DNA from: a candidate division WWE3 bacterium
GTDB lineage: Bacteria; Patescibacteriota; WWE3; UBA101185; UBA10185
Direction of reading: 5' to 3'
Assembly (NCBI GenBank): GCA_012798115.1
Contig: JAAZNV010000012.1
Span: 1 to 63,751, forward strand
Length of the DNA: 63,751 bases
The notes below the pieces were generated by a model, which saw nothing but the letters and a program-made list of their open reading frames with translations, made no database searches and had not been told where the DNA came from. Shown one piece after another: positions 1 through 9,003 of the stretch; the stretch's first letter is position 1, and every line of letters begins with the position of its first letter. The translations under genes and the position numbers were made by a program.

Positions 1-344
1 CATTTCTTTGATCCAGCAGTGCACTCATTTACCTCGTTTCCACAAAAACTTCCATAAGGTGTTCTAACACAAACATATGGAGAACAACATGTTTTACCAC
101 TGCAATTACCACCCTTTGCTACACAAGAAGGAGTAGAAGGTTTTGGTTTTGGTTTCGGAACCTTGGGCTTAGGGATGGTTGCACCTCCCCCGCCAGTACC
201 ACCAGGGACCATTGAAATCCTCGACCCTAAAACATCATTACTAATATTAGTCTTAAGAAGACTGGAGGTAAAAACAAGAGACAGAAAAACCAATGATGCT
301 TTTATCAAATTCAATATTCCAATGTAGCCGTTTTTCTTACTCAT
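1..344 (-). CDS. partial CDS (runs off window start): secreted Cys-rich protein with signal anchor, G/P/K-rich linker and cystine-knot-like C-x6-C-x4-CC-x4-C-x8-C spacing
   Basis: Hand translation of minus strand from ATG at 344-342: MSKKNGYIGILNLIKASLVFLSLVFTSSLL...GGTGGGGATIPKPKVPKPKPKPSTPSCVAKGGNCSGKTCCSPYVCVRTPYGSFCGNEVNEC, open to position 1. Absent from the ORF track because there is no stop in the window. Confidence 0.45.
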   Translation of the reverse strand, partial: MSKKNGYIGILNLIKASLVFLSLVFTSSLLKTNISNDVLGSRISMVPGGTGGGGATIPKPKVPKPKPKPSTPSCVAKGGNCSGKTCCSPYVCVRTPYGSFCGNEVNECTAGSKK

Positions 345-430
345 TTTATCTGCACTTTCAATTCTAAATGAATTGCCTCAACACATCAATATGAATTTAG
401 TAGGTTAAAAAATTAAAAGAGAGTATGTTC

Positions 431-1195
431 TTACCTCAAATCATCTTCCTCTAGCATCGTAGCAACATATTCTTTGGAGGTTTTTTCACTATTTTCTGTA
501 GTTTTTCCCCTCTTTTCAACCTTTGCAAAACTTTTCTTAACAGGAGGTTTTGTTTTTAAGTCTAGCTTTTTTTCCTTTTTTTCAACTTCCTTTGTAGCCT
601 TATGAAAAGAATCTTTTTCTTTATCGTGACTTCCTTCTTTAAATTTCTGTGAACTTGTATTTTCCTTATAAACCCTATCCAAAGCTGCAAAAGGAACATT
701 TGAGTTATTAGCTGGAATAAAAGCAGATACTTTATCGTTTAATTCAGCTTGATTAAACTCTGCAGCAACATCCAACACCTTGAATGAACCAGAATCCGAA
801 AGGATATGCCATTTACCTTCCTTTTTAGTCAAAATACCCTCAATTTTCTTTCTTTCCACTTTGTCAATTTGCTTAAACACCTGCTTTCCATTGTCAGCAA
901 ATACCTTTAGCACGTCTCCACATACAAGCCTTGACTTAGCTGCATAATTTCCAGGAACTTCTGTCCTTCTCCCATCAGAGGCTACTAAGTACTGACCATC
1001 AAACACTCCTTCTGTGCCAGGAACACTTTGGTAATAAGCTTTCTTTTCTTCATGTTCCATCATTTCAATAACATTAGAAACATGCTCTAGTTGATATTGA
1101 GCAGATTTTAAAAGCCTTTTGATACTATCAAACTTTTTAGCATAAGGTGGCTGCAACTTTGATTCTTCGCTTTCTTGGTTTTTTTCCTCTTTCAT
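431..1195 (-). CDS. hypothetical protein with K/E-rich C-terminal tail, probably co-transcribed with the upstream TraD-like ATPase
   Basis: 254-aa ORF starting 2 nt after the stop of the 849-aa ORF. No motif I recognise. Confidence 0.5.
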   Translation of the reverse strand: MKEEKNQESEESKLQPPYAKKFDSIKRLLKSAQYQLEHVSNVIEMMEHEEKKAYYQSVPGTEGVFDGQYLVASDGRRTEVPGNYAAKSRLVCGDVLKVFADNGKQVFKQIDKVERKKIEGILTKKEGKWHILSDSGSFKVLDVAAEFNQAELNDKVSAFIPANNSNVPFAALDRVYKENTSSQKFKEGSHDKEKDSFHKATKEVEKKEKKLDLKTKPPVKKSFAKVEKRGKTTENSEKTSKEYVATMLEEDDLR

Positions 1196-1197
1196 TT

Positions 1198-3747
1198 TTA
1201 GTTCTCCTTTTTGGTACTCTCTAAATTATTTACTTCTATCTTCCCATTATTTGATGGGGAAGATCCATTTCCATATTCTTGAGCAATGGCCATACCTTTG
1301 TCAAACCTAGTAGTCAGCCATTTATTTACCTTTTCTTCAACCTTTTCCTTTGGGACACCATACTTTTCTCTGCTTCTTGCTAGAACTTTTTCCTTATTGT
1401 TTGTTCTAGAAACAGGGAAACCATCTTCCCATGGAAGAAGAATCTTTGCAGAAAAAGGATGTGACGTCATTCCATCAATCATAAGTTTTGTATAAATTTG
1501 GAATCTTTCAAGAGATATTATGTCTTCTTCCGTGAAATAAGGAGCAAACTCTTTAGCTAAATCTTTAGCATCAGGAGCCCCAAGAGAAAAAGTCATAATG
1601 GTTCCAACATTACCAAATACAGCCTTCAATAAATCCTCAGGAAGTTGTCCTGTAAATTGGTGCGTTAGATAAAGACCCAACTTATACTTTCTTGACTCAG
1701 ATAATATTTCCTCAAAGCTCCCTGTAGCAAAATTTTGGAATTCATCTACATAAAGATAAAAAGGTCTCCTTTGCTCTGTGGGTATTTTTGCTCTCTGAAG
1801 TGCATAGAATTGAATTCTAGACACCAAAAGAGCACCAAGCAAATCTGCATTATCACTTCCAATTTTACCTTTTGCAAGATTCATAAAAATGATCTTTCCA
1901 GAGTTCATTGCATCCCAAATGTCGATTGTAGAATTTCTCTGTCCAAGTATATTTCTAATAGTTGTAGAAGCTAAAAACCTGTTTACTTTGTTTTGAATTG
2001 GAGATATAGCCTCAGTTACTAATTTTTGGTTACCCTTCATTTGTTTAAATTCTTCTTCCCAGAATCTAATAACAACAGGATCTTTCACAAAATGAAGAAT
2101 ATATTTCCTATAATTATCATCCTCGAGAAGTCTAGTAATCCCTAGCATAGTGGTTCCTGGAACTTCAAGGAGAGTTAAGACGGCATAATTAAGTAAATAC
2201 TCAAGTCTTGGCCCCCAAGAAAAATCGAAGTGTTCTTTAATAGCAGAAACAAGGCCAGAGGCCATTAAGTTTTTCTGAGAAGGATCATCAATTTCAAGTA
2301 AATTTAAGCCAATAGGTCTTTCTGTATCTGAAGGATCAAAGTAAATTACATCTTCAACCCTGTTATCAGGAATTCTTTCTAAAACCTTTTCAATTGTTTC
2401 TCCATGAGGGTCAAGAATAGCAACGCCAGCACCATTTGCAATATCTTGAGACAACATAGAAACAAATAAAGAAGACTTCCCTGTTCCTGACTTCCCTATC
2501 ACATACAAATGTCTGAGTCTATCATCATCGTTTTTTATTCCAAATTTTACTGTCTTATTTCTATATAACGTTTCACCTATATAAACACAATCTTGAATAG
2601 GAAGATTAACTGGGGGCTCAGACTTTCTAGAGTAAGTCCAAGATATGTTAGGGGTGTCTATATGAGCAAGCGGAAAATGAAAGAATGTTGCAAGCTCTTC
2701 TGTGTTTAAAATAATAGATCTATCTGAATTAAACTCTCTTTTCTTGTAATCACTAAGCACCTTTTCCTTGTTGTCCTCATCTTTTTCTACAAAACTATTT
2801 ATACTTGTTCCAGAAAACTGAACAAAAGAAGCAACAATACTTCTCAGGTTTGCATTTACCCTCTCTTCAAGTGATGCTGCAGATACAACTCTAATTACTG
2901 TTTCAAACCCCATTCTAGATAATTTGTTTTCAATAGCTCTAAGTTCCGTTTCTTTCGCTGCACTTATCTTCACAATAGGCGTAGATATCTTTCCAGCATA
3001 TTGCTCTTGTTTACTAGCACTGCTAAAAAGACCTGTGAAAACACCAGATATTATTCCAACTGCTTCCTTCTTAAATGTATCTGCAAGAACATTGAGTAGG
3101 GTATTACTCTTTGTAGGATCATTACCTTCTCTAACCTTATTCACAAAATCAAAACCTTCTTGTTGCCACCTGTCAGGAATAGGTCTAACAAGAACCTGAA
3201 GCCAAACTTCTTCTCCTTTTACAAGATTTGAAACTGCAGACGTAATAGAAGACATTGGGTCTATTTCAAAATCCCTAAAACTTTTTATTGGGTAAAAATT
3301 ATCTTTAGAAAAAGCTAATGAGGCTACTTTATAAGTTGTATGACTTGGGTTTATAGCATCAGTATAGTCAGATACCAAACTAACATTAGCAGATGGATAT
3401 TGAGCATAAATTTGACTTTCAACAAACTTAACAATAGAAGAAGGAACTGCAACGTAAAACCTAATACCTCTATCTCCAGATGAGGCCATCTCAAAAGATA
3501 TATGCTCCTGTAGTTCTGGTTCGCTTTTTAAAAGACCATGTAACGCTGAAAACAAATTTTCAGCACTTAATGCAGACGCAGAAATATCCTTTGAAACTTC
3601 CTCATTCTTACTAAGCTGTATTTCTATTATCTCAACACTATCAGACGTAACTTTCTTGGACCCTTTGGATTTTTTTAACCGAATAACTACACCAATAACA
3701 ATCAAACCAACTGCCAGTAAGAGTATAAAAATTTGATTTAAGACCAT
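1198..3747 (-). CDS. membrane-anchored P-loop NTPase, TraD/VirD4/TraG (type IV coupling protein / HerA-FtsK-like) family
   Basis: N-terminal TM helix (IFILLLAVGLIVIGVVI). Walker A is VIGKSGTGKSS and Walker B-like is FYLYVDEFQNF. Size is 849 aa. Confidence 0.7.
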   Translation of the reverse strand: MVLNQIFILLLAVGLIVIGVVIRLKKSKGSKKVTSDSVEIIEIQLSKNEEVSKDISASALSAENLFSALHGLLKSEPELQEHISFEMASSGDRGIRFYVAVPSSIVKFVESQIYAQYPSANVSLVSDYTDAINPSHTTYKVASLAFSKDNFYPIKSFRDFEIDPMSSITSAVSNLVKGEEVWLQVLVRPIPDRWQQEGFDFVNKVREGNDPTKSNTLLNVLADTFKKEAVGIISGVFTGLFSSASKQEQYAGKISTPIVKISAAKETELRAIENKLSRMGFETVIRVVSAASLEERVNANLRSIVASFVQFSGTSINSFVEKDEDNKEKVLSDYKKREFNSDRSIILNTEELATFFHFPLAHIDTPNISWTYSRKSEPPVNLPIQDCVYIGETLYRNKTVKFGIKNDDDRLRHLYVIGKSGTGKSSLFVSMLSQDIANGAGVAILDPHGETIEKVLERIPDNRVEDVIYFDPSDTERPIGLNLLEIDDPSQKNLMASGLVSAIKEHFDFSWGPRLEYLLNYAVLTLLEVPGTTMLGITRLLEDDNYRKYILHFVKDPVVIRFWEEEFKQMKGNQKLVTEAISPIQNKVNRFLASTTIRNILGQRNSTIDIWDAMNSGKIIFMNLAKGKIGSDNADLLGALLVSRIQFYALQRAKIPTEQRRPFYLYVDEFQNFATGSFEEILSESRKYKLGLYLTHQFTGQLPEDLLKAVFGNVGTIMTFSLGAPDAKDLAKEFAPYFTEEDIISLERFQIYTKLMIDGMTSHPFSAKILLPWEDGFPVSRTNNKEKVLARSREKYGVPKEKVEEKVNKWLTTRFDKGMAIAQEYGNGSSPSNNGKIEVNNLESTKKEN

Positions 3748-3842
3748 ATTAAACTTCCCTCCTTAATTTTAGTACCTTCTTTAAGTCTCTCATTTAAATT
3801 GTATTTATTCCCTTTACTTAAAGTAAAAACACAATTAAATTA

Positions 3843-3867
3843 CCCCCGCCCTAATTTGGGACGGGGG
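3843..3867 (-). terminator. GC-rich hairpin downstream of the LCP gene (putative intrinsic terminator)
   Basis: cccccgccc-taattt-gggacggggg, 8 of 9 bp paired, followed on the minus strand by a moderately T-rich stretch. Confidence 0.4.
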
Positions 3868-3896
3868 ATAGAAAGGAGAGAGTACTAGGATATATT

Positions 3897-4961
3897 TTAG
3901 TATAAATCACCTGCAGTGTCAAATCCAAATATAACTACTACATCCGACCTATCAACTTCATTTTCAAGATAACTAGAAGCTTTATCTTTATGAATTATGT
4001 CAGGGATCATAAATACTCTTGATAAAAACAATGCCGTCCTGGAGTCTATATCATCTGCAATAATTACACTCTTTTCGTAAAAGCTTTCTGTGTTAGTAAC
4101 AGCAACTACTCTGCCTCCTATATTTGATACCACTCGCGAACCAAAAGACGCCAACCCGTTGTAGTTAGTCCCATTTAAAATAGCAATATTTTTCTTCTCA
4201 TTCGAAATAGCAGAGTCGTACGTAATCTCTCTCACTTGATCATCAAAATCTTGGGTGTTTAAAAAGCTTTTTGGTGTAGTAGTTTCGTTTATTACCCTAT
4301 CTTGAGGAAGGGAATGTGTAAAAGATAATAAGTTATTAAACTCCTTCAAACTCATGTTAGTCTTTAATGACCCTTCTAAGCTGTATATACTTTTTAGGTT
4401 TAAAAGGCCAGCAAAACCACCTTCCCTCCAAAGCTTGTCAAAAAAACTTTCATGGGCAAAGTCAGTCAAAACAAATTTATCAACTTTAAAACCAAACAAT
4501 TTAAAGATACATCTATTTATAGCTTGAGACCCTGCTTCTAAGGGATCGTTAGAGTTCATTGCTCCTAGAGCAAACAACTTTGAGAACTCATCTCTACCAT
4601 ACTTCCCTGGTATTTCGTAGTCAGTGTTCACAGGAACATTGTAAATAGAAACTTTGTTGTTAACCTTATCAAATAGTATGAAATTTACTTTTTTAACAAC
4701 AACTGGACTAGCATTTAAATCTTCAACCACAATGTAGGAAAGTGTGGGAATTGTATCATCAAGTATAGAATAACTTGAGGTTGATAAAGCAGATGCAAAA
4801 TTCTGATTAAGATACTTATGAAAGCTGTAAGAGAATAGAAAAACTAAAGACAAGGTAAAAAGTACAGAAACAACAACAACCCTGTGAGCATTCTTTCTAA
4901 CAGAACGACTTATAATTCTTTTAGATTTTTTTGGTTTCCTTCGGGCAGGCTTCCTTTTCAT
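3897..4961 (-). CDS. LytR-CpsA-Psr (LCP) family protein with LytR_C-like C-terminal domain
   Basis: Basic N-terminus plus TM helix. LCP-like core (KVSIYNVPVNTDYEIPGKYG). C-terminal NIAILNGTNYNGLASFGSRVVSNIGGRVV resembles the LytR C-terminal domain. Confidence 0.6.
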   Translation of the reverse strand: MKRKPARRKPKKSKRIISRSVRKNAHRVVVVSVLFTLSLVFLFSYSFHKYLNQNFASALSTSSYSILDDTIPTLSYIVVEDLNASPVVVKKVNFILFDKVNNKVSIYNVPVNTDYEIPGKYGRDEFSKLFALGAMNSNDPLEAGSQAINRCIFKLFGFKVDKFVLTDFAHESFFDKLWREGGFAGLLNLKSIYSLEGSLKTNMSLKEFNNLLSFTHSLPQDRVINETTTPKSFLNTQDFDDQVREITYDSAISNEKKNIAILNGTNYNGLASFGSRVVSNIGGRVVAVTNTESFYEKSVIIADDIDSRTALFLSRVFMIPDIIHKDKASSYLENEVDRSDVVVIFGFDTAGDLY

Positions 4962-4982
4962 GATATTTACTAATATATCATA

Positions 4983-5690
4983 TTATAACTGGAAGTCGAC
5001 TGGCAAGGGGGCTTCAAAACGTTGAAATTTCAGTGTTTTCGGATTAGAAAACCCCAATGTTCTAGCATGTAGCATTAGCCTATTGAAAACGGTAAAGTCC
5101 ACTTTGAGTAAATTATTTGCACAATATATTTGATCACATACTACACTATGCCCAATTGCAGACAAGTGAACTCTAATCTGATGAGTTCTACCAGTTTTTG
5201 GAGCCACCTTTAAAAGAGTATACTCGTTTCCCTCTACACTTACATTCTTTATCCTATTAATTCTAGTCAAAGCGTACTTCCCTGTGGATACTACTGCATA
5301 CTTTAAGGGATTGTTTGGATTTCTTGCTAGTGGAGCATTTATTTCTATACTTTCATCGTCTATTCTACCTCTCACTAAAGCTACGTATTCCTTATATACA
5401 TTTCTTTCCTTAAACTGTTTTTGCAAAAAGTAAAAGGAATCAACGTTTTTAGCTATAACTATAACCCCAGAAGTATCTTTATCTAATCTATGAACAATAC
5501 CCGATCTATCCTTATACTCTGTATCATCTATACTTTCGATGTTAAATAGGTATTTTTCCTCTAGAATATCCTGTAAGGTTTGTTCAGTAGTTGTATTGGA
5601 CCTGTTCACCACTAAACCTGAAGGTTTATCTAAAACAATAATATTTTCATCTTCATATATCTTTCTTATTTCTTTTACTTCTTTTTCCAT
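4983..5690 (-). CDS. RluA-family pseudouridine synthase (no S4 domain)
   Basis: HRLDKDTSGVIVIAK catalytic Asp motif and KTGRTHQIRVHL motif. Confidence 0.85.
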   Translation of the reverse strand: MEKEVKEIRKIYEDENIIVLDKPSGLVVNRSNTTTEQTLQDILEEKYLFNIESIDDTEYKDRSGIVHRLDKDTSGVIVIAKNVDSFYFLQKQFKERNVYKEYVALVRGRIDDESIEINAPLARNPNNPLKYAVVSTGKYALTRINRIKNVSVEGNEYTLLKVAPKTGRTHQIRVHLSAIGHSVVCDQIYCANNLLKVDFTVFNRLMLHARTLGFSNPKTLKFQRFEAPLPVDFQL

Positions 5691-5989
5691 ATTGTTATAA
5701 CAACCAAAATAATTCCGATTGTAATCATAAGATCATAATGATTAAAGAAAAAAAGACCGAAGAAATTTATGAAGTCATGTACACAACCATACTTAGACCA
5801 TTGAGAAAGATTCATCATTCCACCTATTACAATAAGTCCAAATCCAACATTACCTAAGAGTTCTCCTTTGTAATTTTTAACATAAAAAAAGGAAAATGCT
5901 AAAAGAATTAAGATAGACAAAACAACAAATTGACTAAGACTTAAATAATCAAATAAGAAGAACCTGCAATTATTAACATTTGTGAACAC
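5675..5989 (-). CDS. lspA: short lipoprotein signal peptidase II-like membrane protein
   Basis: GGMMNL...GCVHDFINFFGLFFFNHYDLMITIG parallels LspA GGxxxNLxDR...VxDFxxF...FNxAD, so both Asp positions are kept. Only 104 aa. Classic lspA-rluD adjacency. Confidence 0.5.
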   Translation of the reverse strand: MFTNVNNCRFFLFDYLSLSQFVVLSILILLAFSFFYVKNYKGELLGNVGFGLIVIGGMMNLSQWSKYGCVHDFINFFGLFFFNHYDLMITIGIILVVITIWKKK

Positions 5990-5992
5990 GTA

Positions 5993-7045
5993 TTATTCCC
6001 CTAATTGCTTTTCAAGAATCTCATCTTCTTTCACATCTTCTTCTTGAGAAACATTTGTAGCACAATCTATGCAAGTGGTAGCTTCTGGATAAGCTTCTAA
6101 CCTTGCTCTATCTATTGGCTTACCACAAACTTCACACTTTCCATACCTTCCAAGCTTAATGGCGGCTAGTGCTTTCCTAATCTGAACTTTCATTGATTTA
6201 ACAATACCAAGTCTAGCATCAGAAACAGTTTTTCCAGTATCTTCTAAAACCTCGTCCATAACTTCTGCATTATCTACATCTCTACCATGTTGTAAGTATG
6301 GATCTTCCTTGATTAAAGCTTGTTGCTCCATCTCAAGATTCTTCTCCTTTGATACTAATTTCTTCTTTAACCCTTCAAGAAAATGTTCCGGCATAATTGA
6401 TTTATTCATAGTTTTTTTACCTCTCAAATACAAATTTAACATACTTATTGTAACCAAAAGACCACTAAAGAGTAAATACCCACTTTTCCCGGAGAATAGA
6501 AGGAGAAATAGAACAATAGAAAACAGGAACATTGAAAATATTGCCCCAGACAAAAATTTATAACCTCTATATCTCATTACAAAGAGGTAAAGAAACAACA
6601 AAAGTAAAAAAAGACTAATGTACTCTCTTTGAGGATGAACCAAAAACTTTCCAAGACTTAAAAACATTAATAGAATATTTGTTGCCATAGCGTATATATC
6701 CACTATTCTAAACACAGACCACTTCCACTTTTTGGAGAAAACCAGTATGGGTAACAAAGATACTAAAAATACAACAATACCAAGAAACATCTCTCTATCT
6801 GGTCTTAAAAGAAAATTTGAAGGGTGATATATCTCCAACCATCCCGTTAAAGATCTTAAACCATGGTAGGAAAGTAAGGACAAGATAACAGATGAAAAAA
6901 CTAAATCAAAAAACTTCTCTGAGTTAAAACCATCCTTTTTAGCTTCAAACCAAAGAATAAAGCACCAGCAAATTATGCCCATGAGAAAAATTAAAAGCAT
7001 TATACTTACTGGCTTAAATCCAATGTTTATAAATTCTGGAAGCAT
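5993..7045 (-). CDS. polytopic membrane domain (Lgt-like topology, catalytic motifs not evident) fused to a C-terminal DksA/TraR-type C4 zinc-finger domain
   Basis: About 210 aa of TM helices. This is followed by a coiled coil plus CEVCGKPIDRARLEAYPEATTCIDC (CxxC-x17-CxxC, DksA/TraR/YteA-like). Confidence 0.6.
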   Translation of the reverse strand: MLPEFINIGFKPVSIMLLIFLMGIICWCFILWFEAKKDGFNSEKFFDLVFSSVILSLLSYHGLRSLTGWLEIYHPSNFLLRPDREMFLGIVVFLVSLLPILVFSKKWKWSVFRIVDIYAMATNILLMFLSLGKFLVHPQREYISLFLLLLFLYLFVMRYRGYKFLSGAIFSMFLFSIVLFLLLFSGKSGYLLFSGLLVTISMLNLYLRGKKTMNKSIMPEHFLEGLKKKLVSKEKNLEMEQQALIKEDPYLQHGRDVDNAEVMDEVLEDTGKTVSDARLGIVKSMKVQIRKALAAIKLGRYGKCEVCGKPIDRARLEAYPEATTCIDCATNVSQEEDVKEDEILEKQLGE

Positions 7046-7073
7046 ATTTATATACTTATACTACCATTACATA

Positions 7074-7628
7074 TTACGCTTTGGACACATACTCCCCAGT
7101 CCTAGTATCTACCTTTACCCTATCCCCTATCTTAATAAACATAGGCACCTTTACTTTAGTTCCATTATCAAGTTCTGCATCCTTGTAAACATTAGTAACA
7201 GTATTTCCTTTAAATCCTGGCTCTGTGTATTTTATTTCAAACACCATGGATATTGGTAAATCCACGCTATATGGCTGCCCTTCAAAGTACTTAACAATAA
7301 CATTTTCTCCTTCCTTTAAGAATTTAGCAGAATCCCCAACAACCTCCTCTGAGATTACAAACTGATCATAAGTGTTAGGACTCATAAACACATAACCATT
7401 ACTATCCTTGTATAAGTACTGAGCATTTTTGTTTTCAATATATGCATCCTCAACACTTGCACCAGATTGCCATGTTTTTTCTAAAACTTGCCCAGTTATT
7501 ATGTTTTTAGCCCTAACTTTTACTTGAGCACTGCCTCTACTTACCTTTATATGTTGGTATTTAAGAACAAGAAAAGGATGTCCCCCATCTTTAAATATCG
7601 TTCCATTTTTTAAGTCTGTAACTATCAT
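7074..7628 (-). CDS. efp: translation elongation factor P
   Basis: 184 aa. MIVTDLKNGTIF...HIKVSRGSAQVKVRAKNIITGQVLEKTW is typical EF-P. Confidence 0.95.
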   Translation of the reverse strand: MIVTDLKNGTIFKDGGHPFLVLKYQHIKVSRGSAQVKVRAKNIITGQVLEKTWQSGASVEDAYIENKNAQYLYKDSNGYVFMSPNTYDQFVISEEVVGDSAKFLKEGENVIVKYFEGQPYSVDLPISMVFEIKYTEPGFKGNTVTNVYKDAELDNGTKVKVPMFIKIGDRVKVDTRTGEYVSKA

Positions 7629-7705
7629 AATGAGTTATTCTATCACTTTTAACCTGTTTATAAACAAAAAGCCGGGAAAGTTAATAATCCCGGCTAGTGA
7701 ATAAT

Positions 7706-8062
7706 TTAATCTTCGTCTTCCTTTCCTCCACCTATATAATCAAAACTGTCGCCCTCATAGCTATCACTTGCTTCTTCAATGATTCTTTTAATGGAAAAGA
7801 CAATTTCTAGCAACAATGCAATTGGAGGGAAAATGGATAGTAAAAAACCATAGAGATCTTGTGAATCTTTATGCTCAAACCCAAAGATAATATTAATAGC
7901 CAAATCTTCTTGAACGTAAAGCAGTAACAAACAAACGGCATAAAGTATAACCCAAAGTAATGATATTTCCTTTATGTTTACTTTGCACAAAAACAAAATA
8001 GTACCAATAAACATTATCCCAATAACACTACTAATTACTCTGCCACACAAGCCTCTTTTCAT
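7706..8062 (-). CDS. small membrane protein with acidic tail (start moved to Met57 of the track ORF)
   Basis: The track ORF 7706..8230 runs through a tRNA gene. The internal ATG at 8062 gives a 118-aa, roughly 3-TM protein. Confidence 0.4.
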   Translation of the reverse strand: MKRGLCGRVISSVIGIMFIGTILFLCKVNIKEISLLWVILYAVCLLLLYVQEDLAINIIFGFEHKDSQDLYGFLLSIFPPIALLLEIVFSIKRIIEEASDSYEGDSFDYIGGGKEDED

Positions 8063-8130
8063 CTCCTCATCCTTTCCTTGTTTTGAAGAAATTTTATTAC
8101 TATAACAAGAAAAAGTCAAAATGGATTGAT

Positions 8131-8217
8131 TGGTGCCGTGGGTGGGAGTTGAACCCACACGGGCTGAAAGCCCAAAGGTTTTTGAGACCTTCGCGTATGC
8201 CATTCCGCCACCACGGC
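8131..8217 (-). tRNA. tRNA-Leu (anticodon CAA), long variable arm, CCA encoded
   Basis: Reverse complement GCCGTGG..AAGGT-CTCAAAA-ACCTT..GTGGG-TTCAACT-CCCAC-CCACGGC-A-CCA folds as a cloverleaf. Confidence 0.9.
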
Positions 8218-8270
8218 ACAAAGAATACAAATCATTGATATTTTAACATTAAATAAAGCCGGACATAAAA

Positions 8271-8948
8271 TTATCCGGCTCCAAAAAATCTTCGTGCTCT
8301 CCTAATGTTTCTTATAGCTTGAGCTTCGTAAAGGTTACGAAAATGATTGGTTCTAAACATTCCTTCTGGTTTATTGACAAAAGCTTCTAAAATAACTAAT
8401 CTTTTCTCAACAAAGGTATCCATAGGAATGTGTTTCCACTCATCTCTAACTTTCTTCCAATTCTCCAAAAATACAAACCAATTTTTGCCTAAAAAACACA
8501 AGTCAATATCGGTTATCAATTTTCCATCAATGCCCAAGCTAGAGTCATAAGCATCATGCTTTGTTTCAAGAATTAATCTACAAGCTTTCTCTACAACATC
8601 TTTTGGCCACTTATATCTCTTAGCTTCACCTTTCACAAATTCAGCACTTTCAATTTCTGTGTCTTTTATATCATGATAGAAAATTCCAAGAGTTAGAGCC
8701 GAAACATTCTCTGCCACATAGACTACTTCTTTCAACTCCTCAAGGCAGTCTGCTATATGACCTATATCATGATATGACCTATTAGGAGAATTGTATCTTT
8801 CTACTAGGTTAGAAAACGCTTCTTTAAAGTTGCCAACAGAGCCCAACGAATTCCACAATTTACGGTAATCGTTTCTAGCAAGTTCAAAACTTTCCTCACT
8901 ACTCCTCATATATCTCCTTTTCTTTTCATTTTCAGGGAATGCTATCAC
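8271..8948 (-). CDS. HD-superfamily metal-dependent phosphohydrolase-like protein (COG4339-type)
   Basis: RSYHDIGHI and FYHDI motifs. The real start may be the internal Met14. Confidence 0.55.
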   Translation of the reverse strand: MIAFPENEKKRRYMRSSEESFELARNDYRKLWNSLGSVGNFKEAFSNLVERYNSPNRSYHDIGHIADCLEELKEVVYVAENVSALTLGIFYHDIKDTEIESAEFVKGEAKRYKWPKDVVEKACRLILETKHDAYDSSLGIDGKLITDIDLCFLGKNWFVFLENWKKVRDEWKHIPMDTFVEKRLVILEAFVNKPEGMFRTNHFRNLYEAQAIRNIRRARRFFGAG

Positions 8949-9003
8949 ATTAATCTAATACACTCAAATATGGTATTGTTTAGATTCTAATAACTAATAA
9001 AAC

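Noticed and set aside
8063-8230. N-terminal 56 codons of track ORF 7706..8230
   Set aside because: This part of the ORF runs straight through a well-folding tRNA-Leu(CAA) gene on the same strand, so I kept only the portion from the internal ATG at 8062.
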